The position numbers were made by a program, and so were the translations under genes. The notes beneath the pieces are model-generated. The model saw only the letters and a program-made list of their open reading frames with translations, did no database searches and had not been told where the DNA came from. A DNA stretch of 64,000 nucleotides from a virus. Positions 55,696 through 64,000 of the stretch are shown here, piece by piece. Position 1 is the stretch's first letter. Each line of letters opens with the position of its first letter. The stretch lies in IMG/VR virus record IMGVR_UViG_3300042898_002514; one strand, 5' to 3'.

Positions 55696-56868
55696 ATGGC
55701 TACTAACGCAAAACATTTGGCAGAAGTTCGTGCAAAGAAGGGTCGTGACTTTAGCCCAAAATGGGAAGGACACGAAACCTGGGATACCAATCAATTCTTA
55801 CGCCAGTTTCATTCTGCCATGGCCTGGTATCGTTTAGAAAGTTCTGCCAAGGAACTCAAACCCAAAGTGATAGATTGGATGGGTCGTCAGGGCTGTACCA
55901 AAGAAGATATTTCTGCATTTAAGAAAACCAAAGACAATCGTTGCGGCATGACAATGGGTGCAGTTGCAGCCTGTCTACTCAAAGGTATGCCTAGTGTTCG
56001 TGACGAGTTCAATGAAGGTAGAGACACTGCCGTTTGGTTGCGGGCTCGTATCAACGAAGTTATTGAGCAGGGACGGGACGATGTTGATGACAGCGATAGC
56101 GGCATTGAGGTTAAAAAAGATGTATATGTTCCTAGCATCCAAGAACGGCTTCGTGAAGTGTCTTTGGGAATGACTGAGGAAATTGAAGCAGCCATCGAAG
56201 CGTTTCAAACTGATCCCGAAACATTTGATCCAAAGGCATTTAAAATGCTGAACTTGCTCAAGGCAAAACAGGCCAAGGCAGCTCACGCTCGGATCATTCG
56301 TGACTTTTATGCTCGTGACCTTACAGAGCTACTTGAGCTCGCCAGTGGCAAAGCTGACGAGCAGTTGAAAGAAGGCTACAGTCACCGTAGCAAGAAACAG
56401 ATTAAATCCTTTATTGCATTTTTACAAGAAATTGAAAGTGCCTGCAATATGCTAATGCAAGAGGCCAAGGTTAACAAGAAGCCCCGTGCTAAAAAGGTTG
56501 TCAGCAAAGACAAGATCATTGCCAAACTCAAGTACAAGAAGAGCGACGAGCCTCTCAAACTGGTTAGTATTAATCCAGCAGACATTATTGGTGCTCAGGA
56601 ATTATGGATTTTTAACAGTAAAACACGCAAACTTGGCAAGTATGTGGCTGCTGAGTTCCAGGAACTTGGTATCAAAGGCACCACTATTACAGGCTTCAAC
56701 GAAATAAAAAGTGTGCAAAAAACTTTGCGTAAGCCTGCAGAACAAATCAAGGCCTTTAAAGAGGCTGGCAAAGTGGTTCTTCGCAAGTTTCTTGAAGAGA
56801 TTAATGCAGTAGATACCAAGATGAACGGTCGAATCAACGAAGATATTATGCTGTTAAAGATTGCATAA
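55696..56868 (+). CDS. conserved hypothetical myovirus protein
   Basis: 390 aa; SINP..IIGA, KTLRKP, NGRINED. Confidence 0.8.
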   Translation: MATNAKHLAEVRAKKGRDFSPKWEGHETWDTNQFLRQFHSAMAWYRLESSAKELKPKVIDWMGRQGCTKEDISAFKKTKDNRCGMTMGAVAACLLKGMPSVRDEFNEGRDTAVWLRARINEVIEQGRDDVDDSDSGIEVKKDVYVPSIQERLREVSLGMTEEIEAAIEAFQTDPETFDPKAFKMLNLLKAKQAKAAHARIIRDFYARDLTELLELASGKADEQLKEGYSHRSKKQIKSFIAFLQEIESACNMLMQEAKVNKKPRAKKVVSKDKIIAKLKYKKSDEPLKLVSINPADIIGAQELWIFNSKTRKLGKYVAAEFQELGIKGTTITGFNEIKSVQKTLRKPAEQIKAFKEAGKVVLRKFLEEINAVDTKMNGRINEDIMLLKIA

Positions 56869-56898
56869 TATTTCAGTGAGAGTTTGATAAATACTGAT

Positions 56899-57777
56899 AT
56901 GAATAATACCAATATCGATCAAACTCTTACTGAATTCAACGATGCTTTTAAAGCACTGTTGGAACAGGCACATCGACCTGTTGCTCAGGAAATTACACAA
57001 TTTGTAGAATTTCGTGCCAAAGACGGTAGCACAAATAACGGCAAGGGCATCCTTTGGTTCGGTGAAGGTAATGTAAAACAATTTGTGTACAATGAAAAGC
57101 CGGATAGATTTTTCTCATCTGAGCACATTGAACTATTCAAAGATCGCACATTGATCATTGGCGGAGTGCCTATTCTTTCTTCTACGGAACTAGGCACATC
57201 TGTAACAAAGAGCAATCTACGTGAACTAGGAAGACTTCGAGGATTGATCGTAGACGGATCAATAGTAATCGATCAATACATCTATTACAATAAAGAAAAT
57301 AATAGACTGGGACTAGGTACGGACACTCCAAATGCAGGATTATCTGTAGCAGAAGACGGCATTGAGGTTATGCTTGGAACTAAAGATCAAACACGAGGAA
57401 TGGTAGGAACACATGCCAGTACTCCTTTTGACATTATCACCGATAATACAACTAGAATAAGCGTATCACCTAATGGAAATATACAACTAGGCAACACTGA
57501 ACAACCCCCTATTCAAGTGTCAATTCATGGAAAATTAAGTATTGGAGTCAAGAATCCCGATCCAGCGGTCGATTTACACGTAAACGGATCAGTAAGATTT
57601 AACGGACATATGCAGTCATATGCAAGCACACCCCCGGACTATGGTGCATACACTCGAGGTGACATAGTTTGGAATTCAGAACCAGAAATTAAAAAGTATA
57701 TAGGTTGGGTCTGTGCAAAATCCGGTGTGCCAGGAACTTGGTTACCATTCGGAGAAATCAAAGAAAGAGATAGATGA
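56899..57777 (+). CDS. virion structural/tail-associated protein
   Basis: LGLGTDTP, GDIVWNSEP..GWVC...GTW.PFG; TAAATA box upstream. Confidence 0.65.
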   Translation: MNNTNIDQTLTEFNDAFKALLEQAHRPVAQEITQFVEFRAKDGSTNNGKGILWFGEGNVKQFVYNEKPDRFFSSEHIELFKDRTLIIGGVPILSSTELGTSVTKSNLRELGRLRGLIVDGSIVIDQYIYYNKENNRLGLGTDTPNAGLSVAEDGIEVMLGTKDQTRGMVGTHASTPFDIITDNTTRISVSPNGNIQLGNTEQPPIQVSIHGKLSIGVKNPDPAVDLHVNGSVRFNGHMQSYASTPPDYGAYTRGDIVWNSEPEIKKYIGWVCAKSGVPGTWLPFGEIKERDR

Positions 57778-58409
57778 TACCTAATTCTGTACTGGTAATG
57801 GGCAATGGCGAAAGTCGTGGTTCTATTAATATACAAAATTTATTAGGTAATATATTATTGGTAGGCTGTAACGCCATACATCGAGACGCTGTGGTCAATC
57901 ACCTTATTTGCTGTGATGAACGTATGGTAAGAGAAGCAGTAGAAAATCCAAACACAGCTTCAACATTTATATATGTTCGAGAACACGCATATCAATGGTT
58001 TCGCAAGGTGCAAAAGCACAAAAATATAATTCTATTACCTGATATTCCCAATCAAGAACACAATAGAATTGATCAACCAAGAAATTGGGGTAGTGGAACT
58101 TATGCATTACTGGTTGCTTCTCAGTTGCCAGACATTAAAAAAGTTTATCTATTGGGTTTTGATTTATACGGTAACGATACGTTAGTAAACAATCTTTATA
58201 AAAACACAAAAAATTATTCTTCCGGAGGATCACACTCAGTTGATCCTAGCTATTGGATTTGGCAAGCAGCCAAAGTATTCAAATTGTTTCCTACTATAGA
58301 ATATAATATTGTGAATCATGACAAATGGCTGATGCCACCAGAATGGAAAAAATCTAATGTTGGGTTTCTTAGCATAGATAATTTTAAGAATCAGTTGCAA
58401 AACAGTTAA
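57774..58409 (+). CDS. GT29/Maf-like nucleotide-sugar enzyme (tentative)
   Basis: GNGESR, GCNA, WGSG, YLLGFD. Confidence 0.55.
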   Translation: MIPNSVLVMGNGESRGSINIQNLLGNILLVGCNAIHRDAVVNHLICCDERMVREAVENPNTASTFIYVREHAYQWFRKVQKHKNIILLPDIPNQEHNRIDQPRNWGSGTYALLVASQLPDIKKVYLLGFDLYGNDTLVNNLYKNTKNYSSGGSHSVDPSYWIWQAAKVFKLFPTIEYNIVNHDKWLMPPEWKKSNVGFLSIDNFKNQLQNS

Positions 58410-58423
58410 ATAGACTGTATACT
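58395..58423 (+). promoter_or_regulatory. sigma70-type promoter
   Basis: TTGCAA-17-TATACT. Confidence 0.7.
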
Positions 58424-58430
58424 AAAACTT

Positions 58431-58470
58431 AGCGGACTTTCTACGTCATTCATCCCGCTTTATAAACTCT
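58431..58470 (+). ncRNA. preQ1-I-like riboswitch candidate
   Basis: AGCGG/CCGCT stem, loop ending CATC, A-rich tail TTATAAACTC, upstream of queD. Confidence 0.4.
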
Positions 58471-58510
58471 GCATGTCGTCAAACTTGCTACCTTACAAAG
58501 GAGACTAGAG

Positions 58511-59017
58511 ATGGCAAATCTACAACCCGTACTTTATAAGTACACTTCGACAAAAGAATATCACGATGCATTTCCCTGTGCTTACAGGCAATGGAGAAGT
58601 GATAGTCACTGTAATCTAATTCACGGCTATTCATTTAGCATGAAATTTTACTTTGGCACCAACGACCTAGACGTCCGCAATTGGGCGGCTGACTATGGTG
58701 GTTTGAAAGAACTTAAAAAGACACTGGAAGATCAATTTGATCATACACTAATTGTTGCACAAGACGATCCATGTCTTGCTACATTTAAAATGTTGCAAGA
58801 AAAGAATATGGCTAAGATTGTTATCCTGCCGGCACTAGGCTGTGAAGCACTAAGCGACATGCTTTACAAATACGTGAATGGTGTTTACATTCCAGAAATG
58901 TGGGGTCCTGGTGAAGCAGCTAGGCTTTGGTGTTATCGTGTAGAAGTACGTGAGACACAGAGCAATATGGCTTTCCGTGAAGGTCATCGAGAATGGAATG
59001 AGGATCTGTTTGCGTGA
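58511..59017 (+). CDS. queD: 6-carboxytetrahydropterin synthase (QueD/PTPS family)
   Basis: HCNLIHGY, DYGGLK, FDHT, E.L, V.VRET. Confidence 0.85.
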   Translation: MANLQPVLYKYTSTKEYHDAFPCAYRQWRSDSHCNLIHGYSFSMKFYFGTNDLDVRNWAADYGGLKELKKTLEDQFDHTLIVAQDDPCLATFKMLQEKNMAKIVILPALGCEALSDMLYKYVNGVYIPEMWGPGEAARLWCYRVEVRETQSNMAFREGHREWNEDLFA

Positions 59018-59205
59018 ACTCGCTTGAACGTATATGGGCCCGGGCGACCGGGCACCTAATGGGTCAAACAGATGAGGATAGACCAGATGTGCCCATCCTT
59101 TCTCTACGCGAAGCTCGAATTGCTCTATTCTTTAAAACATTCTGGGTAATTATTCATGTTATAACCTGTCTGTTTATTATTGCCAACACCATTAGACATT
59201 GGTAA
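59014..59205 (+). CDS. small membrane protein
   Basis: RIWARATG...TM. Confidence 0.65.
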   Translation: MNSLERIWARATGHLMGQTDEDRPDVPILSLREARIALFFKTFWVIIHVITCLFIIANTIRHW

Positions 59206-59213
59206 ATAATTAT

Positions 59214-60047
59214 ATGCGTACATTTAACATTCATAATATAAAATTAGGAAACAACGAGCCGTTGGTATTGATTGCCGGGCCTTGTCAAATTGAAAGTCTA
59301 GACCATACACTCGAAACTGCACATAGCATAAAAGAAACCTGCGATAGTTTAGGAATTAAATTTATCTATAAAAGCAGCTTTGACAAAGCCAATCGATCTA
59401 GCATATCAACTCAACGAGGTATTGGAATTGACGAAGGTTTAAAAATTCTCAATACCGTTAAACATCAGTTAGGAGTGCCAGTTTTAACTGACATTCACGA
59501 AAGCTATCAGGCAGAACTGTGTGCTACAGCTGGCATTGATGTACTACAGATCCCAGCATTTCTCTGTAGACAGACTGACCTATTGTTGGCAGCAGGTGCT
59601 ACAGGCTGTGCCATCAATGTCAAGAAGGGGCAGTTCCTTGCACCTCACGATATGAAGAACGTTGCGACAAAGATTGCTTCAACTGGCAATGACCGCATCA
59701 TGTTATGCGAAAGAGGATACACTCATGGATATAATAATCTTGTTGTTGATATGCGTAGTCTACCCATTATGGCAAGCACCGGGTATCCAGTGGTCTTTGA
59801 TGCCACACATAGTGTTCAGCAACCAGGGGGATTGGGCTCAGTCTCCGGAGGGGATCGTACTATGGTCCCGTACCTCGCGAGGGCAGCAGTGGCCACCGGA
59901 TGCGTAAGTGCAGTGTTTATGGAATGTCATGAAGATCCAGACAATGCCCCTAGCGATGGTCCCAATATGATAATGTTGTCTAATCTTAAAAACGTGTTAG
60001 AAAGTCTTATAAAAATAGATGGAATTGTTAAATCCTCCTCAAACTAA
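59214..60047 (+). CDS. kdsA: Kdo-8-phosphate synthase
   Basis: [32 protein letters not shown]. Confidence 0.97.
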   Translation: MRTFNIHNIKLGNNEPLVLIAGPCQIESLDHTLETAHSIKETCDSLGIKFIYKSSFDKANRSSISTQRGIGIDEGLKILNTVKHQLGVPVLTDIHESYQAELCATAGIDVLQIPAFLCRQTDLLLAAGATGCAINVKKGQFLAPHDMKNVATKIASTGNDRIMLCERGYTHGYNNLVVDMRSLPIMASTGYPVVFDATHSVQQPGGLGSVSGGDRTMVPYLARAAVATGCVSAVFMECHEDPDNAPSDGPNMIMLSNLKNVLESLIKIDGIVKSSSN

Positions 60048-60834
60048 ACAAGAACGAAAGCGACTCAAGGCTATTAGAAGATTTGAAAAAGAGTCTCAAC
60101 ATCTGCAAAAAGAAATTGGTGTCGGTGATGCTAATCCTGAAAAAGTAACTGTTCTGTGTGTAAAATTTGGTACTAAGTACGGGCGTGAATATATCGAACG
60201 ACTTCGGAACATGGTATCCCGCCATCTTACGGTACCTTATGAATTTGTCTGCATCACTGATGATCAACACTCCATACCTGGTGTTCGAAGTATTGTGCAA
60301 CCTATGAAAAATTATAAAAAAATATGGTGGCACAAGGTACATATGTTTGATCCTGGGCTGCCAATACAAGGAAGAATATTATATTTTGATCTTGACGTGA
60401 TAATACACGCCAATATTGATAGTCTTGCAATCGGTCACGGACATAGTTTCTTGGGTATCAAAGATTTTAATAGAAAATTTCATGCTTCGTGGACCTATCT
60501 CAATAGTTCAGTTATGAGTTGGATACACGGATCACAAACTCATATCTATCAAGAATTTAATAATAACCCAAACGAAGCACAAAAACTGCAAGGTGATCAA
60601 GATTGGATATGGAAAACCAGCAAGGATCGTATAAAGTTTTGGCCCATAGAATGGATTCAAAGTTACAAATGGGAAATTCGCAGTCGCGAAGAACTGGTGT
60701 TGAAGGACGGTAAACGAAACTTCAAGTCAGTGATCAATCCAAAAATTCCAATCAATTGCAGTGTTTGTGTATTTCACGGAGATCCAAATCCTCACGATGT
60801 TTTAGATCCGTATGTAGTTGACAACTGGCGGTGA
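60019..60834 (+). CDS. glycosyltransferase (GT-A, DxD)
   Basis: [30 protein letters not shown]. Confidence 0.8.
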   Translation: MELLNPPQTKQERKRLKAIRRFEKESQHLQKEIGVGDANPEKVTVLCVKFGTKYGREYIERLRNMVSRHLTVPYEFVCITDDQHSIPGVRSIVQPMKNYKKIWWHKVHMFDPGLPIQGRILYFDLDVIIHANIDSLAIGHGHSFLGIKDFNRKFHASWTYLNSSVMSWIHGSQTHIYQEFNNNPNEAQKLQGDQDWIWKTSKDRIKFWPIEWIQSYKWEIRSREELVLKDGKRNFKSVINPKIPINCSVCVFHGDPNPHDVLDPYVVDNWR

Positions 60835-60846
60835 TTGTGCTATAAT
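60818..60846 (+). promoter_or_regulatory. sigma70 promoter (leaderless transcript)
   Basis: TTGACA-17-TATAAT, ATG 6 nt downstream. Confidence 0.85.
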
Positions 60847-60852
60847 AATAGC

Positions 60853-61155
60853 ATGACTACTATTACCCCCGAAGCATTACGCACTCTGCTTCTTGAAAAC
60901 GAGTGTGTTGTTGAATTTACCAAAGTCAACGGCGAGACTCGAGCTATGCCCTGTACACTCAAGGCAGAGCTCATTCCTGCTCCTACTCCCCATATTAGTA
61001 ACACAGACAATCCCGTTGACTTTCCCAAAGTTAAAAAAGAAAATCCTAATGTTATGAGTGTTTGGTGTTTAGATAAAAAGGAATGGCGATCCTTCCGTAT
61101 CGCCAATGTGATCTCAGCGAAAGTAAAAGATGAAACTAACACAGTACAGTCGTAA
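60853..61155 (+). CDS. WYL_2/SH3-like phage protein
   Basis: VEFTKVNGETRAM.CTL...WRSFR. Confidence 0.8.
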   Translation: MTTITPEALRTLLLENECVVEFTKVNGETRAMPCTLKAELIPAPTPHISNTDNPVDFPKVKKENPNVMSVWCLDKKEWRSFRIANVISAKVKDETNTVQS

Positions 61156-61525
61156 TCGTATCCTAGAAACTTTTAACCGCTGGAATGTACCTAAAGAGTT
61201 TGCCGAGCCAATGTACAATTATCTTGTTCATGGGTTTAGTCCGGGCGGATGTTTTACCGCGGTGCTAGCCAATGACTTTCACCGTGCTATACGTAGCAGT
61301 CATCCTGGCAACACTGTCGAAGCATTTAAGGCTCTGTCTGGTTGGATAGATGAATGCATACCTCCCGAAACAAAAGGTAACTATAATAATGTTGAAGTTT
61401 GGTGCAGTCTACCTGCAGATGTTCGTAGATCAATATTAGAAGACTGCGAAATAATCTATACTGAGCAACAAGAAATTATGATGGCTCTGCAAAGTAAACC
61501 CACAGTTGAACCTGTCTTTTTTTAA
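61130..61525 (+). CDS. hypothetical protein
   Basis: PGGCFTAVLAND motif. Confidence 0.7.
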   Translation: MKLTQYSRNRILETFNRWNVPKEFAEPMYNYLVHGFSPGGCFTAVLANDFHRAIRSSHPGNTVEAFKALSGWIDECIPPETKGNYNNVEVWCSLPADVRRSILEDCEIIYTEQQEIMMALQSKPTVEPVFF

Positions 61526-62571
61526 TGAAAGAAACTATGATTAAACGCATAGGCTTTGCCTGCAAATGGATCAATGATCCTGAAGAAGTCAACGGCATGA
61601 AGATCAATGCCAAAGACCGTGACTTAAATACTGGTGCTACTACAGTTAGGTGGTTGCGTGAACATCCCCAAGAAGCAGAACAGCGACTTTGGGACTTGAT
61701 GAAACGAAATATTGATGCCTGCACCAAGTTGGTGGCCAGGGTAGGAACACTAGATGAAGATCTTAGAATGGTACGACTCAGCAGCGATATACTGCCTGTA
61801 TACACTGAGCCTAGTTGGAAGTGGTTTTGGCGGCAGCCCGATGTTAGAGCCTATGCAGAAACAGCATTTAGAACAGTGGGAGATTTGGCTCGCCAGAACG
61901 GTGTTCGCCTGTCTTTCCACCCTGGTCAGTTTTGCGTGTTGGCATCTATCAACCCTGGTATTGTAGAACGAAGTATCGAAGAGTTTGAGTATCATGTGGA
62001 CATGGCTCGCTGGATGGGCTATGGCAAGACGTTTCAAGACTTTAAGATCAATGTGCATATCTCGGGTAAGCAAGGTCCACAAGGTGTTCGTGATGCTCTA
62101 AGCAAAATGACACCCGAAGCCCGTAACTGTCTTACCATTGAGAATGACGAAATGACCTGGGGCATTGACTCTAGCATTGAGTTGGTCAAGGACTGTGCCC
62201 TGGTCATGGACATACATCATCATTGGATTAACTCTGGAGAATATATTGAAGCAACTGACGACCGTGTTAAGCGGATTATTGATAGCTGGCGTGGCGTTCG
62301 CCCTGTTTTACATTATAGTGTTTCACGGGAAGACTGTCTTATTGACCATCCCGGACATATCCGTCCCAATCTTTCGACCCTCTTAGAGCAGGGCTACAAA
62401 AAACAAAAGCTCAGAGCACATTCAGAATTTTACTGGAATACAGCAGTAAATGAATGGGCACTGAGCTTTCGAGACTCGTTTGACATCATGTGCGAAAGCA
62501 AGGCTAAGAATCTATCCAGCTTTGCACTCTATGAACAAAGTCTTAAGCAGCCGGCTTTACTTTTGGCTTAA
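61525..62571 (+). CDS. uvsE: UV damage endonuclease
   Basis: RIGFACK, RLSSD, SFHPGQF, IENDE, DIHHHW, AHS, ESKAK. Confidence 0.93.
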   Translation: MKETMIKRIGFACKWINDPEEVNGMKINAKDRDLNTGATTVRWLREHPQEAEQRLWDLMKRNIDACTKLVARVGTLDEDLRMVRLSSDILPVYTEPSWKWFWRQPDVRAYAETAFRTVGDLARQNGVRLSFHPGQFCVLASINPGIVERSIEEFEYHVDMARWMGYGKTFQDFKINVHISGKQGPQGVRDALSKMTPEARNCLTIENDEMTWGIDSSIELVKDCALVMDIHHHWINSGEYIEATDDRVKRIIDSWRGVRPVLHYSVSREDCLIDHPGHIRPNLSTLLEQGYKKQKLRAHSEFYWNTAVNEWALSFRDSFDIMCESKAKNLSSFALYEQSLKQPALLLA

Positions 62572-62863
62572 GTGGTGCTTTTGGCTTAGGTGGTGCTTTT
62601 GACGTTGCAGTCTTTGGAGCAACAGGCTTTTTGGCAACCTGTGGCTTTTTAGGTGCAGGCTTTTTAGCAGGTGCTTGTTCAACCACAGCCGCTGGAACAA
62701 CTGCTTCTGCCTCAACAACCACTGCTTCAACTACAGGCGCAGGTGCTGCCTCAACAACCACTGCCTCAACTACAGGCGCAGGTGCTGCCTCAGCTTTATA
62801 TGGGGCTTCCGCAGTTTGTTCTGCTGGCTTGGCGCCAAATAGTTTCTTTAATAAATCGATCAT
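62543..62863 (-). CDS. Ala/Pro/Lys-rich low-complexity protein
   Basis: AGGAG SD, MIDLLKKLFG amphipathic start. Confidence 0.7.
   Translation of the reverse strand: MIDLLKKLFGAKPAEQTAEAPYKAEAAPAPVVEAVVVEAAPAPVVEAVVVEAEAVVPAAVVEQAPAKKPAPKKPQVAKKPVAPKTATSKAPPKPKAPLKPKVKPAA
62707..62792. repeat. 39-bp tandem duplication (in frame)
   Basis: CTGCCTCAACAACCACTGCYTCAACTACAGGCGCAGGTG x2. Confidence 0.85.
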
Positions 62864-62904
62864 ACTAAATCTCCTTAGGAATTTATTTAGCGGTAAATAC
62901 ATAT

Positions 62905-63471
62905 ATGGAATTTAAATTCATTCAAAAGTTTATAATCGAAGGCAAAAAAGACAAACTCATACAGTTGACACTGCCCTACGACCCCGATGAGTTGGCGCCA
63001 ATAAAATCCAAAGAAACTATAGATTATCACTACGGTACACTATATAAAGCCTATGTTGATCGATACAACAAGGGCGAGGGTGATGACGATTTCAACGAAG
63101 CTGGTGCGTTTTTACACAATATCTATTTTGGTCAATTACAAAAACCAGAAGGTGCCAATAGACCCTATGATGCTATTTTACAGTTTATAGAAAAACATTT
63201 TGATACATTTGATCGTTTCAAAGAAGAATTTGAAAAAACTGCTATGACAATACAAGGCAGCGGGTGGGCATACCTAGCTCGAGATGGCAAGATCAAAACC
63301 ATTGCGAATCACGAAATTAGAAATGATATTGTGCTGTTAGTAGATTGGTGGGAACACGCTTGGGCTTTAGACTATCAGGCTGATAAAAAAAGCTATTTGA
63401 AAAACATATGGAAGCTAATAAACTGGAGAGTAATCAATGGCGTACTCGGACAAAGTAATCGATCACTATGA
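62905..63471 (+). CDS. Fe/Mn superoxide dismutase
   Basis: LPY...L.P, YHYG, FLHNIYF, GSGW, DWWEHA. Confidence 0.9.
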   Translation: MEFKFIQKFIIEGKKDKLIQLTLPYDPDELAPIKSKETIDYHYGTLYKAYVDRYNKGEGDDDFNEAGAFLHNIYFGQLQKPEGANRPYDAILQFIEKHFDTFDRFKEEFEKTAMTIQGSGWAYLARDGKIKTIANHEIRNDIVLLVDWWEHAWALDYQADKKSYLKNIWKLINWRVINGVLGQSNRSL

Positions 63472-63823
63472 AAACCCACGTAATGTAGGATCATTTGCTA
63501 AAGATGATCCCAACATAGGCACAGGTATGGTCGGTGCTCCGGCATGCGGAGATGTAATGAAATTACAGATAAAGGTAGACAATGATACAGGTCTTATTAC
63601 AGATGCAAAATTTAAAACGTATGGCTGCGGATCGGCTATCGCGAGTTCGAGCCTCATTACAGAATGGGTCAAAGGAAAAACCCTCGACCAAGCCGGAGCA
63701 ATTAAAAACTCCGAAATCGCCGAAGAACTAGCCCTACCTCCAGTAAAGATACACTGTAGTATTCTAGCAGAGGATGCAATCAAAGCAGCCGTAAATGATT
63801 ACCGTAACCGACACAGCCTGTAA
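63437..63823 (+). CDS. iscU: Fe-S scaffold IscU
   Basis: MAYSDKVIDHYENPRNVG, ACGD, GCGSAIASS, LPPVKIHC. Confidence 0.98.
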   Translation: MAYSDKVIDHYENPRNVGSFAKDDPNIGTGMVGAPACGDVMKLQIKVDNDTGLITDAKFKTYGCGSAIASSSLITEWVKGKTLDQAGAIKNSEIAEELALPPVKIHCSILAEDAIKAAVNDYRNRHSL

Positions 63824-64000
63824 AAGAATTAAGCAAACACTTGCCAAACGTGGCAAGGGTGCGGGTATTCGAATAGGTGTTAGAACTACAGGGTGTAGTG
63901 GGTTGGCCTACGTATTAGAATACGTAGATGACTACAAACCCGAAACTGGAGTAACTAATTTTGCTCAAGATGGTTTTGTTGTTTTGGTAGATGCCAAAAG
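63795..64000 (+). CDS. iscA: Fe-S carrier IscA (3' truncated)
   Basis: MITVTDTA...GIRIGVRTTGCSGLAYVLEY. Confidence 0.92.
   Translation, partial: MITVTDTACKRIKQTLAKRGKGAGIRIGVRTTGCSGLAYVLEYVDDYKPETGVTNFAQDGFVVLVDAK

Noticed and set aside
62707-62792. 39-bp tandem repeat as a regulatory or mobile element
   Set aside because: In-frame duplication within a low-complexity protein.
1-64000. Bacterial chromosome origin because of dnaK, kdsA, iscU, rpoZ and infA
   Set aside because: These genes lack their bacterial operon context and sit among phage-type ORFs, tail-fibre-like genes and a phage-style tRNA array.

Overview
This window is 64 kb of a large lytic tailed-phage genome. It is probably a freshwater, T4-superfamily-like myovirus; the IscU/IscA/DnaK/RpoZ sequences suggest a proteobacterial, probably betaproteobacterial, host. 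The standard genetic code is used. Genes are dense and mostly on the + strand, with many near-consensus sigma70 promoters and recurrent TAAATA late-promoter-like boxes. Layout: (1) 1-9.4 kb host-takeover genes: QueC-like, SleB hydrolase, bS21, exonuclease, DnaK, Hsp20, ClpS, heme oxygenase plus bilin reductase. (2) 9.4-19.3 kb curli-like CsgF/CsgG/curlin/FecR/CHASE2-cyclase module, containing a Mn-riboswitch-controlled TerC gene. (3) 19.3-25.2 kb small phage ORFs, a PBP7-like peptidase and ClpP. (4) 25.3-35.6 kb array of about 29 tRNAs covering all 20 amino acids, interleaved with structured non-tRNA RNA and inserted genes including rpoZ. (5) 38-49.5 kb AT-rich island of oxygenases, desaturases, PP-loop ATPases and GNATs. 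(6) 49.6-64 kb tail-fibre-like genes, an aberrant tRNA-like RNA, ThyX, KdsA/B, QueD, UvsE, SOD and IscU/IscA. The best candidates for undescribed biology are RNA-level and lie in the tRNA array: a leader-peptide attenuator (47-aa peptide using all 20 amino acids) gating the array, a Lys-codon mini-ORF switch overlapping a tRNA-Lys, and six hairpin cassettes with conserved ACAYATT/AGTGTGT stems around unique loops. All structures were read by eye; no folding or database search was run.
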